Assembly: GCA_030648435.1 (NCBI GenBank)
Contig: JAUSHE010000024.1
Location: forward strand, 1-63,698
Length of the DNA: 63,698 bases
From: Candidatus Daviesbacteria bacterium
Lineage (GTDB): Bacteria > Patescibacteriota > Microgenomatia > Daviesbacterales > UBA10151
Reading direction: 5' to 3'
The position numbers were made by a program, and so were the translations under genes. Under the pieces are notes generated by a model. That model was not told the DNA's origin, did not search any database, and saw only the letters and a program-made list of their open reading frames with translations. Shown piece after piece: positions 1 through 7,679 of the stretch (positions within the stretch are counted from its first letter, which is position 1; every line of letters begins with the position of its first letter).

Positions 1-844
1 AAATAACTATATTAGCCTCATTTTTGGCAAAAATCGCCGCCAGTTTGATTGCTTTCAAGAATTCCTCTTTTTCTACCATAGCTCTGGCAACAATTTTTTG
101 GGGGATAATCTTACCCCAAGCCGGGAACTGGCCTTCAATCAGTCTCGACGAAACCTGGGTGGTACCTAAAGTAAACACAATCTGATTCTGGTTCTCGCTG
201 GTGGCAATTCCTACTTCTTCCAAATCTTGTTCTGCTATCAACCTCAACACCTCTTCAAAGGTCTTTCTCGGTATCAGGCTCTTAAATTGGACACTAGCTT
301 TGGGTAATTCCAGCCGGCGGTGAGCAAGTCTAAAACCATCGGTTGCCACAAAATCCAGTTTATCACCGGAGATATCTGTTAAGATACCAGTTAAAACCGG
401 CCTGCCTTCGTCGACAGCTGAGGCAAACAGAATCTGGGCAGAAGTTAAAAATGCTTCTTTAGGCAGACTAATGCCGGAGGAAGAAGATAGGGGAATAGCC
501 GGGAATTCTGCCGCGGCAATACCATTAATTGTTGCTTTAAATTTGCCTGATTCTACCGTTAAAATTTCTTCTTTCAGCTCCAAGCCGATTTTGTTTGGCC
601 CCAAGCCGGAGATAAGTTCAACCAAAGTTTTGGCAGGAACCGTAATTTCTCCCGGAACTTCTACTTCTACATTCAAATACTCAATAACGCCTATTTCCAG
701 GTTAGTGGCGGCGATCTTAAGTTTCGACCCTTCGGCCGAGAGTAAAATATTATCCAGTACAGGGAGAGTTGATCTGATCCCGACTGATCTGGCAACTGAT
801 TGCAATAAAGGCAGCAAATCTTGTTGTAAACAAAAAAATTTCAT
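1..844 (-). CDS. dnaN: DNA polymerase III beta clamp (3' end outside window)
   Basis: Manual minus-strand translation from ATG at 844: MKFFCLQQDLL...STLPVLDNILL...AATNLEIG...EFPAIP...DEGRPVLTG...VATDGFRLA. Lies downstream of dnaA. Not in the ORF track because it is truncated. Confidence 0.96.
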   Translation of the reverse strand, partial: MKFFCLQQDLLPLLQSVARSVGIRSTLPVLDNILLSAEGSKLKIAATNLEIGVIEYLNVEVEVPGEITVPAKTLVELISGLGPNKIGLELKEEILTVESGKFKATINGIAAAEFPAIPLSSSSGISLPKEAFLTSAQILFASAVDEGRPVLTGILTDISGDKLDFVATDGFRLAHRRLELPKASVQFKSLIPRKTFEEVLRLIAEQDLEEVGIATSENQNQIVFTLGTTQVSSRLIEGQFPAWGKIIPQKIVARAMVEKEEFLKAIKLAAIFAKNEANIVI

Positions 845-854
845 AAGACGAAAA

Positions 855-1310
855 TTATTCTCCTTTCTTACTAGACACAAACCGCTGAATTTCTTCCTCA
901 GTAACTTTAATTAAACGGAAATTAACCCGTCCGGCGGTAATTAGGTTTTTAATGTGTTTTTCCTCATCTGTCAAGAGGTGACTCACGCCGGACTTCACTT
1001 CTATAAAATCAATACGCATGTTATTTTTGATACCGATGAAATCAATTGGCCAGCCAAGGGGAATAATCCGGTCGTAATCATAACGCAGTTCGGCATAAAT
1101 CAAAAGCTCTGCCATTTTTCCTTTTTGAGGGTTAATTGAGCCCTGGATAGTTTGCAATACTCGCGCAGGTAAATCCTGAACTCCTTTGTATAAATCTATT
1201 AAATCTGTTGGAATATCTGTTGGTTTTCTGCCATGTAACCTACCGATTAAATAAGCTACCAGTAAAAGTAAAATAAATACTCCAGTAAACGTCCAGTTGA
1301 AGTTGTCCAC
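855..1310 (-). CDS. Membrane-anchored Holliday-junction-resolvase-like PD-(D/E)XK endonuclease
   Basis: N-terminal hydrophobic helix, then GKMAE...LGWPIDFIG...IDFIEVKSG...LTDEEKHIKNLITAGRV, resembling the Endonuc_Holl family pattern. Confidence 0.7.
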   Translation of the reverse strand: MDNFNWTFTGVFILLLLVAYLIGRLHGRKPTDIPTDLIDLYKGVQDLPARVLQTIQGSINPQKGKMAELLIYAELRYDYDRIIPLGWPIDFIGIKNNMRIDFIEVKSGVSHLLTDEEKHIKNLITAGRVNFRLIKVTEEEIQRFVSSKKGE

Positions 1311-1481
1311 AAGTATGTTCGATTATACTATATTAGTTAATAAACAGTAGTAGTATTAGTATACTCTGTGGATATGTGGGGAAGTAAGTTTACCGATCTT
1401 GAGTTTCGCTAAATATTTGTGTTGACAGGAGGTTTATTCTTGGTGGATAAGTTGTGGATAATTAAACTTTTTTGTGAATAA
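1303..1481. other. oriC: Replication origin oriC (DnaA boxes, DnaA-trios, AT-rich unwinding region)
   Basis: DnaA boxes: TTGTCCACA 1303-1311, TGTGGATAT 1367-1375, TGTGGGGAA 1375-1383, GGTGGATAA 1442-1450, perfect TGTGGATAA 1453-1461, TGTGAATAA 1473-1481. Trio run CAG TAG TAG TAT TAG TAT 1345-1362. Located between dnaA and dnaN. Confidence 0.85.
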
Positions 1482-1490
1482 CAATACTTT

Positions 1491-1522
1491 GTCATCCTGA
1501 GGAGTCCTCGGCGAAGGATCTC
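1491..1522. repeat. REP-like palindrome (CATCCTGAG...CGAAGGATCT family)
   Basis: GTCATCCTGAGGAGTCCTCGGCGAAGGATCTC directly after the dnaA stop; related copies at 32570 and 61563. Confidence 0.65.
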
Positions 1523-2844
1523 TAGAAAGCTGTCAGCTTTTGTTTTATCTCAATTAACATCCGCTGTACTTCCCGGTCCTGGTTAATAAGTTTTTTAATC
1601 TTGTCCCTTCCGTGCATTACTGTGGTGTGGTCCCTTTTGCCCAAAATAAACCCAATTCTCTCCACGGTTAAATTCAGATGTTCACTTAGAATAAACATGG
1701 CAATATGTCTTGGTAAGACTAACTCTTTTTGCCTTTTCGCTCCGATCAACTCTTTTTGATTTAAATTGAAGTATCCGCAGATAGTTGCTAAAACTTGTTC
1801 CGGTCCGACTTTAAAACCATTTTTGGGAGTAGTTTGTAAGTATTGACTGATGTTTTCGGTAGTTGGGGGTAAGTTTTGGGTTTGGAGGAGTTGTAGTATC
1901 CGGACAAGTTGTCCCTCCAGCTCTCTAATATTGGTTTCAAAAGAAGCTGCCAGCATCTTCAATGTTTCTTCCGTCAGGACTACTTTTTGCTCCAGGCATT
2001 TTGACCGCAGGATAGCGACCCTGGTATCAAAGTCAGGCGGTTGGATGTCAATCATTAGCCCACCCGCAAACCGGGACTTGAGTCTGTCTTCCAGTTTGGC
2101 TATTTCGTGGGGAGACCTGTCAGATGTAAGAACTATCTGGCAGTTTTTACTCATCAATTCATTAAATGTGTGGAAAAATTCTTCCTGTGTTCCCTCTCTG
2201 CCTGAAAAAAATTGAATATCGTCTATAAGTAGAATATCCGGCGAGCGGTATTTGGTTCTAAGTTGAGTCATTTTATGGTTTTGGATTGCTTCAACATAAT
2301 CATTCATAAATTTTTCTGAAGGAGAATAAATGATTTTTGCGTGTGGCTTTTTATTAAGAAGGGCATTGCCGATTCCCAGCATTAGATGGGTTTTTCCCAC
2401 CCCGGTGCCGCCGTAGATGAATAAAGGGTTATACGAAGTACCTGGGTTTTGAATTATTGCCTGGGCCGCAGCATAAGCCACATTATTTGATGGTCCGACC
2501 ACGAAGTTTTCCAAAGTATATTTAGGATTAAGGATGGTGGTGACTGTTTGGATTGGTTGGAAGAAATCCTCTTCCTCCGGTTCTCCGTTTGGCGCTTCGG
2601 TTTCTTTAACAATAAATTCTATCTGGATTTTCTTGCCGGTCAGTTTTTCAAAGTTATTCTCAATTAATAACAAGTATTTTTGGTTTAACGTTTCTTTGAT
2701 AAAAGCATGAGGGGTGGAAAGAATCGCTTTTCCGTCAGCAAAGCTTTTTAAAGATGTTTTTAAAAACCAGGCTTTGTAGTTAGCTGGGCCAACTTGGGGT
2801 TTTATAATTTCTAAAAATTTATGCCAAAGACGTAAATTGTCCAT
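1522..2844 (-). CDS. dnaA: Chromosomal replication initiator DnaA
   Basis: YNPLFIYGGTGVGKTHL Walker A, LLIDDIQF, QEEFFHTFN, RDHTTVMHG in domain IV. Confidence 0.99.
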   Translation of the reverse strand: MDNLRLWHKFLEIIKPQVGPANYKAWFLKTSLKSFADGKAILSTPHAFIKETLNQKYLLLIENNFEKLTGKKIQIEFIVKETEAPNGEPEEEDFFQPIQTVTTILNPKYTLENFVVGPSNNVAYAAAQAIIQNPGTSYNPLFIYGGTGVGKTHLMLGIGNALLNKKPHAKIIYSPSEKFMNDYVEAIQNHKMTQLRTKYRSPDILLIDDIQFFSGREGTQEEFFHTFNELMSKNCQIVLTSDRSPHEIAKLEDRLKSRFAGGLMIDIQPPDFDTRVAILRSKCLEQKVVLTEETLKMLAASFETNIRELEGQLVRILQLLQTQNLPPTTENISQYLQTTPKNGFKVGPEQVLATICGYFNLNQKELIGAKRQKELVLPRHIAMFILSEHLNLTVERIGFILGKRDHTTVMHGRDKIKKLINQDREVQRMLIEIKQKLTAF

Positions 2845-2862
2845 GTGAATAAGTTATCCACA
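2844..2862. promoter_or_regulatory. Inverted pair of DnaA boxes at the dnaA start (autoregulation site)
   Basis: TGTGAATAA 2844-2852 and perfect TTATCCACA 2854-2862. Confidence 0.8.
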
Positions 2863-2939
2863 ATTTAATCTATCGGGTTGAGTACTTACAATATAGAGAA
2901 ACTATTAAGAACTAGATCAGTTATGGTATACTCTTCGAT

Positions 2940-3077
2940 ATGCCGAAGCGGACATATCAACCCAAAAAATTAAAAAGAGTTAGAAAACACGGATTTCGGG
3001 CCAGGACTGCAACTGCCGGTGGAAGAAAAGTGTTAAAAAGAAGAAGAGCGCAAGGAAGGGTTAGACTGACAGTCTAA
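2940..3077 (+). CDS. rpmH: 50S ribosomal protein L34
   Basis: Manual translation [45 protein letters not shown]; below the ORF-track length cutoff. Confidence 0.98.
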   Translation: MPKRTYQPKKLKRVRKHGFRARTATAGGRKVLKRRRAQGRVRLTV

Positions 3078-3415
3078 TGCTTCCAAAACACCAGCGCTTG
3101 AATTTAAAAAAAGATTTCAAATGGGTAGCAGCTGGAAAAAAACTGGAATCAAGATATTTAAAACTATTTGTCAAACCCGGAGACAATGAAATGCCCCGTG
3201 TGGGGATTGCTGTTTCATCGCAAACTTTTAAGAAGGCAACAGAACGTAATCGTGCCCGAAGGCTTACTTCTTCAGCTTTTGAAACTCTTTATGCAAAATT
3301 GCCAAATAATATTAATATAGTGGCTCTTCCCAAAGCAGGGGTAACTGGTGTAAAATCAGGTCTGGTGCTTTTGGATTTGGAGACAGTTTTAAAAAATGCA
3401 AAGATTATTAATTAG
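3077..3415 (+). CDS. rnpA: Ribonuclease P protein component
   Basis: RL..KKDF, RVGIAVS, KKATERNRARR motif; follows rpmH. Confidence 0.95.
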   Translation: MLPKHQRLNLKKDFKWVAAGKKLESRYLKLFVKPGDNEMPRVGIAVSSQTFKKATERNRARRLTSSAFETLYAKLPNNINIVALPKAGVTGVKSGLVLLDLETVLKNAKIIN

Positions 3416-3596
3416 TTTAATAAATTTTTATCAGACTTTTCTGTCTTTTGACAAAGGAGTCTTGGCTGTTTTTGCACCGGGTGGCGCCTGCAAACAGGAA
3501 ATCAGTTGTTCGGAGTATGCTAAACGCGTGATCGGAGAATTCGGGGTGTTCAGGGGAAGCAGGCTTGGCCTAAAAAGAATCTGGAGCTGCAGATGA
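3396..3596 (+). CDS. yidD: Membrane protein insertion efficiency factor
   Basis: LINFYQ...C....SCSEYA...GVFRGSRLGLKRIWSC; conserved synteny. Confidence 0.88.
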   Translation: MQRLLISLINFYQTFLSFDKGVLAVFAPGGACKQEISCSEYAKRVIGEFGVFRGSRLGLKRIWSCR

Positions 3597-4441
3597 GTGG
3601 AATAATTGCTATTTTTGATACTTTATTTTTCGGCCCCGTTGTTAATTTGTTGGTGCTGATTTTCTCCGGACTGCAGGCAATTCATATACCGGGAGCTTTA
3701 GGTTTTTCCATTGTGATTTTGACTGTTGCAATAAGAATACTGGTTTGGCCTTTTATGGCTGCACAGATTAAAGCCACCAAAAAAATGGCAGAGTTAAAGC
3801 CTCATCTTGATGAATTAAAGGTCAAGCACAAGGGGGATAAGCAGGCTATGGCGCAAGCGCAAATGGCGCTTTACAAAGAACATGGCGTTAATCCGGCGGG
3901 CGGTTGTTTGCCGGCTGTAATTCAGATTCCGGTTTTTATTGCCCTTTATCAGTCAATCATTAATATTTTACCCGGAGCAGGTGGACACATTGATAAAATA
4001 AACTCACTCCTGTACTTCCCACAATTGAAACTAGCCGCTAATTTAGATCCCAATTTTTTCGGCCTTAATTTAGGTATTAAGCCATCGGATTTTGGTAAGT
4101 ATGGAGTTTTACTATTACTGATTCCCCTGGTAACTGCGCTGTTAACTTTTGTTCAGTCAAAAATGGCTTTGCCGAAACCGGTCAAAAAATACCCGTCCGA
4201 TTCCCCTAAAGAAACTAAAGAAAAAGCGGGCATGGAAGAAAGTATGGGGCAGGTACAGTCCCAAATGGTATATATGATGCCGGTAATGATTGGTTATTTT
4301 GCTTTCTCTTTTCCGGTAGGGCTCGCAATTTATTGGAATACATATACAATATTGGGGATTTTGCAGCAGCATAGAGTAGCCGGCTGGGGCGGAATGGCTG
4401 ATTTAATAAATAAAATTAAAAATGGAAAATCAACTAAGTGA
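3593..4441 (+). CDS. yidC: Membrane protein insertase YidC/Oxa1
   Basis: ALYKEHGVNPAGGCLPAVIQIPVFIALY and GLAIYW motifs. Confidence 0.96.
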   Translation: MSGIIAIFDTLFFGPVVNLLVLIFSGLQAIHIPGALGFSIVILTVAIRILVWPFMAAQIKATKKMAELKPHLDELKVKHKGDKQAMAQAQMALYKEHGVNPAGGCLPAVIQIPVFIALYQSIINILPGAGGHIDKINSLLYFPQLKLAANLDPNFFGLNLGIKPSDFGKYGVLLLLIPLVTALLTFVQSKMALPKPVKKYPSDSPKETKEKAGMEESMGQVQSQMVYMMPVMIGYFAFSFPVGLAIYWNTYTILGILQQHRVAGWGGMADLINKIKNGKSTK

Positions 4442-4895
4442 AATATTAGACAATTTATTAGGCATGCTACTTCTTGAGGGAAGTTATGAGATTGAAGAAC
4501 AAGATGAGAGTTTTACAGTCTCGATTGAAACCAAAGATGCAGGAAGATTAATTGGATCCAGAGGTGAATCTCTGGACGGTTTGCAACTTTTAGTTAATCA
4601 AATGGTGTTTAGAAAAATGGAAACAGCCGAAGGTCAAAAGAGAATCGTCATTGATGTTGAGGGGTGGAGAAAACAAAAAGAGGAAGAGTTGGCAAGCAGT
4701 GCCAAAAGCTGGGGCGCACAAGTGCTGGAGAGTAAAAGCGAATTAGAGCTTGAACCGATGTCTCCATGGCAGAGAAGAATTGTTCATATGGTAATTTCCG
4801 AGATGCCGGGGCTCTCGAGTGAAAGTGCAGGAGAAGGTAGGGACAGGCATATTGTCATTAAGATTAAAACAGATGCCGAAGTTAAGAAAGATTGA
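4422..4895 (+). CDS. jag: Jag/KhpB-like KH-R3H RNA-binding protein (short form)
   Basis: GRLIGSRGESLDGLQ (KH), LEPMSPWQRRIVH (R3H), SESAGEGRDRHIVI. Confidence 0.9.
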   Translation: MENQLSEILDNLLGMLLLEGSYEIEEQDESFTVSIETKDAGRLIGSRGESLDGLQLLVNQMVFRKMETAEGQKRIVIDVEGWRKQKEEELASSAKSWGAQVLESKSELELEPMSPWQRRIVHMVISEMPGLSSESAGEGRDRHIVIKIKTDAEVKKD

Positions 4896-6018
4896 AGACA
4901 CTTTTCTTTTTTTAACCCTGCTTTTTTTACCAACCCAATTAGGCCGCCATTTCTGGCCTGATTTTTCTTATATTTATTCTCTAAAAATTGATTATTTATC
5001 ACCCACTATATATTTTTGGGACATGCTAGTAACAGGACTGCTTGCGGTGTGGCTTCTCCAAAAGCCTAAAATAAATAAACTGGCTTTAAATCTTCTTTTA
5101 TTTTTTTTGTTTACTCAGGTTGTATCGTTATTTGGAGCGGCTAATATTGGAGCGGGTTTGGTGCGTTTGGAGCAATATACGATTGCCGGATTGTTTGGAT
5201 TATATCTTGCGTCACTTCAGGATAAAAAAGCTATTTACCTGCCGCTATTGCTGGGGGTTATTGGAGAATCTTTGATTGCTGTTTTACAATTTTTGAAAGG
5301 TTCAACCCTTGGACTTTGGGTATTGGGTGAAAGAACCTTTGGCATTACGACTCCCGGGATTGCTAAGTTTGATTTTTTTGGGATGCAGTTTTTAAGGCCT
5401 TATGGCACTTTTCCTCATCCTAATGTTTTAGCAGGATATTTACTGATAGTAAGCGTTTTAGTAATCAGAAAGCCTTTTGTTTTAATGCTGACATCTTTGG
5501 CAATTTTGCTTACTATGTCGCGGACTGTGATTCTCTCCGGTTTTTTACTGCTTTTGTTTTTCAGGAAGAAGTGGCTAATTTTGTTAATTATTTTGGTTGC
5601 TCCTATTTTATTTGTCAGGTTTTTTAGTATTTTGAATTTTGATAATTTGGCGCTAGTACGGAGGGAGGAATTGATTAGTAGTGCATGGCAGATTTTTTTG
5701 AAAGAACCTTTTTTTGGTGTTGGATTGAATAATTTTATTCCGGCTTTAGCAGATAGTCTTATCAGCGGCCCCAGCCGTTTTTTGCAGCCGGTTCATAATA
5801 TTTTTCTTTTAGCGCTTTCAGAAACGGGATTGATAGGCCTCATCGGACTAATAAGTTTGATAATCTGGTCAATAATTAAAAGAGTAAACTTATTTCCTTG
5901 GCTGGTTATTATTTTTTTGGGAATGTTTGATCATTATTTTTTGGCCCTGCCCCAGGGCTACAGATTATTATTTTTGGTATGGGGTCTGTCTCTGTCCCGT
6001 GTTAAAATTATTCCGTGA
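4873..6018 (+). CDS. O-antigen ligase/Wzy-family membrane protein
   Basis: Multiple TM helices; RPYGTFPHPNVLAGYL, PFFGVGLNNF, PVHNIFLLALSETG. Start moved to the in-frame ATG at 4873. Confidence 0.85.
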   Translation: MPKLRKIEDTFLFLTLLFLPTQLGRHFWPDFSYIYSLKIDYLSPTIYFWDMLVTGLLAVWLLQKPKINKLALNLLLFFLFTQVVSLFGAANIGAGLVRLEQYTIAGLFGLYLASLQDKKAIYLPLLLGVIGESLIAVLQFLKGSTLGLWVLGERTFGITTPGIAKFDFFGMQFLRPYGTFPHPNVLAGYLLIVSVLVIRKPFVLMLTSLAILLTMSRTVILSGFLLLLFFRKKWLILLIILVAPILFVRFFSILNFDNLALVRREELISSAWQIFLKEPFFGVGLNNFIPALADSLISGPSRFLQPVHNIFLLALSETGLIGLIGLISLIIWSIIKRVNLFPWLVIIFLGMFDHYFLALPQGYRLLFLVWGLSLSRVKIIP

Positions 6019-7190
6019 GTCATTTCTCTAAAATTTTTAAACAAACGGGGTGGCAGATGGCGGGGAAGATTGTCACGTCTGTCTCTACTTTTATTATTCT
6101 CGGACTGGTGGCGAGAAATTATGGCACAAGCGGAACGGGAATTTTTACACTGGCACTAACCTACTTGGCCATATTTTATATGTTGGCGGATTTTGGCTTT
6201 AATGCTCATGTTTTAAAGAAGAGAGACATTGAGTGGAATAAATTACTGGGAGCAAGATTAATTTGGTCCGGGTTATTGGTAATTTTAGCAGTTGGACTAC
6301 TGCCATTTTTGCCGTTTACTACCCCTCTTTTTTCAAGCGCTGTATTATTTGGAGCTTTGGCAATTTTTGGATCTTCTGTTTTTACAACCTGCAATTTAAT
6401 ATTTCAAAAGAAATTGCGGTATGACCTGTCGGTGTTGGCATCAAGCATTGGCACATTAGTGAGTTTGGCAGTTTTTTATTTTCTGGTTTTACAAAAATTA
6501 CCAGTCTCTTTTTTATTACTTGCTCATTTCTTTGGTTGGCTGGTAATAGCTTTATCAGCACTGTTTTTACTTCGTAGACTTATCTTAAAAATAATTCCGA
6601 TATTCGATCTACGATATACGATTAACCTATTCAAGTCTTCCTGGCCCATTGCCGCCACACTTGCCTTAAATGTCATTTATTTCCGGGCTGATTCATTTAT
6701 GATTGCTTATTTCAAAAATGCTGCTGATGTTGGAGTTTACAATATTGCCTACTCTATTTTTCAAACTGCGTTGGTTCTGCCAACATTTATTATGAATGCT
6801 TATTATCCTTTGATGCTTAAATCTCTGGAAAAAATTAAACTTATTGGTTCGGGACTCCTGGGTTTATCCCTGGCAGGTACTATTTTTACAATTATTTTTT
6901 CCCCTATTATGATTCGAATTTTAACCGGAGGGGGATTTGAAGGTTCTGTCCAAAGCCTGCAGATTTTATCCCTAGGGTTTCCTGCCTATTTTTTATCGGC
7001 ACTACTGATGTGGGTTCTGATAACCAGGGGGCAGTACAAAAAAATGCTTATAATTTACACATCCGGGCTCGTTTTTAATTTTGTGCTTAATATAATTTAT
7101 ATACCGCAGTATTCCTATATTGCCGCATCCTGGACAACAGTTATTTCCGAGTACTTGATTTTAATCCTACAAATCCTTATCCTAAGATAA
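6015..7190 (+). CDS. Polysaccharide flippase (Wzx-like, MOP family)
   Basis: ADFGF, IYFRADSFMI, VGVYNIAY, LNIIYIPQYSYIAASWTTVISE. Confidence 0.88.
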   Translation: MSHFSKIFKQTGWQMAGKIVTSVSTFIILGLVARNYGTSGTGIFTLALTYLAIFYMLADFGFNAHVLKKRDIEWNKLLGARLIWSGLLVILAVGLLPFLPFTTPLFSSAVLFGALAIFGSSVFTTCNLIFQKKLRYDLSVLASSIGTLVSLAVFYFLVLQKLPVSFLLLAHFFGWLVIALSALFLLRRLILKIIPIFDLRYTINLFKSSWPIAATLALNVIYFRADSFMIAYFKNAADVGVYNIAYSIFQTALVLPTFIMNAYYPLMLKSLEKIKLIGSGLLGLSLAGTIFTIIFSPIMIRILTGGGFEGSVQSLQILSLGFPAYFLSALLMWVLITRGQYKKMLIIYTSGLVFNFVLNIIYIPQYSYIAASWTTVISEYLILILQILILR

Positions 7191-7601
7191 GTGAAACTTA
7201 TTATTTATACAGACGGCGCTTCGCGCGGAAACCCCGGACATGCCAGTTATGGTTTTACTATTTCCGGCGAAAAAGGAAAATTACTTTATCAGGAAGGCAA
7301 ATATATAGGTATAGCCACAAATAATGTGGCTGAATATATGGCCGTTTTAGAGGCCCTGAAATATGTTAAAAAAAATCTTAACAGGGAGTCCTTACAGATA
7401 GAGCTTTTTGCAGATTCAAGACTTGTGGTCGAGCAATTGTCCGGCAGATTCAAAGTGAAAAGCCCGCATTTAAAACCCTTAATCGGGCAGATACAGATAT
7501 TAAAGATGCAACTTGGTGGTGCAATTTACAATCACGTGCCTAGAGAGAAAAATTCAGCGGCAGATAGATTAGCAAATTTAGCACTGGATTCCCACATTTA
7601 A
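7191..7601 (+). CDS. rnhA: Ribonuclease HI family protein
   Basis: YTDGASRGNPG, TNNVAEY, DSRLVVEQ, HVPREKNSAADRLAN. Confidence 0.93.
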   Translation: MKLIIYTDGASRGNPGHASYGFTISGEKGKLLYQEGKYIGIATNNVAEYMAVLEALKYVKKNLNRESLQIELFADSRLVVEQLSGRFKVKSPHLKPLIGQIQILKMQLGGAIYNHVPREKNSAADRLANLALDSHI

Positions 7602-7679
7602 TCCCCGAGGCTTAAAATGACATAGAAAGTTGTGTTTTATCTATATTGATTTTGCGGGCAGTGGTGTTACGATTTACGC

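Noticed and set aside
471..914. 147-aa plus-strand ORF
   Set aside because: Antisense shadow of dnaN, which the track missed because it runs off the window.
5827..5862. 9-bp periodicity encoding GLIGLIGLISLI
   Set aside because: Codon-multiple period explained by the usual GLIG motif of O-antigen ligase TM helices.
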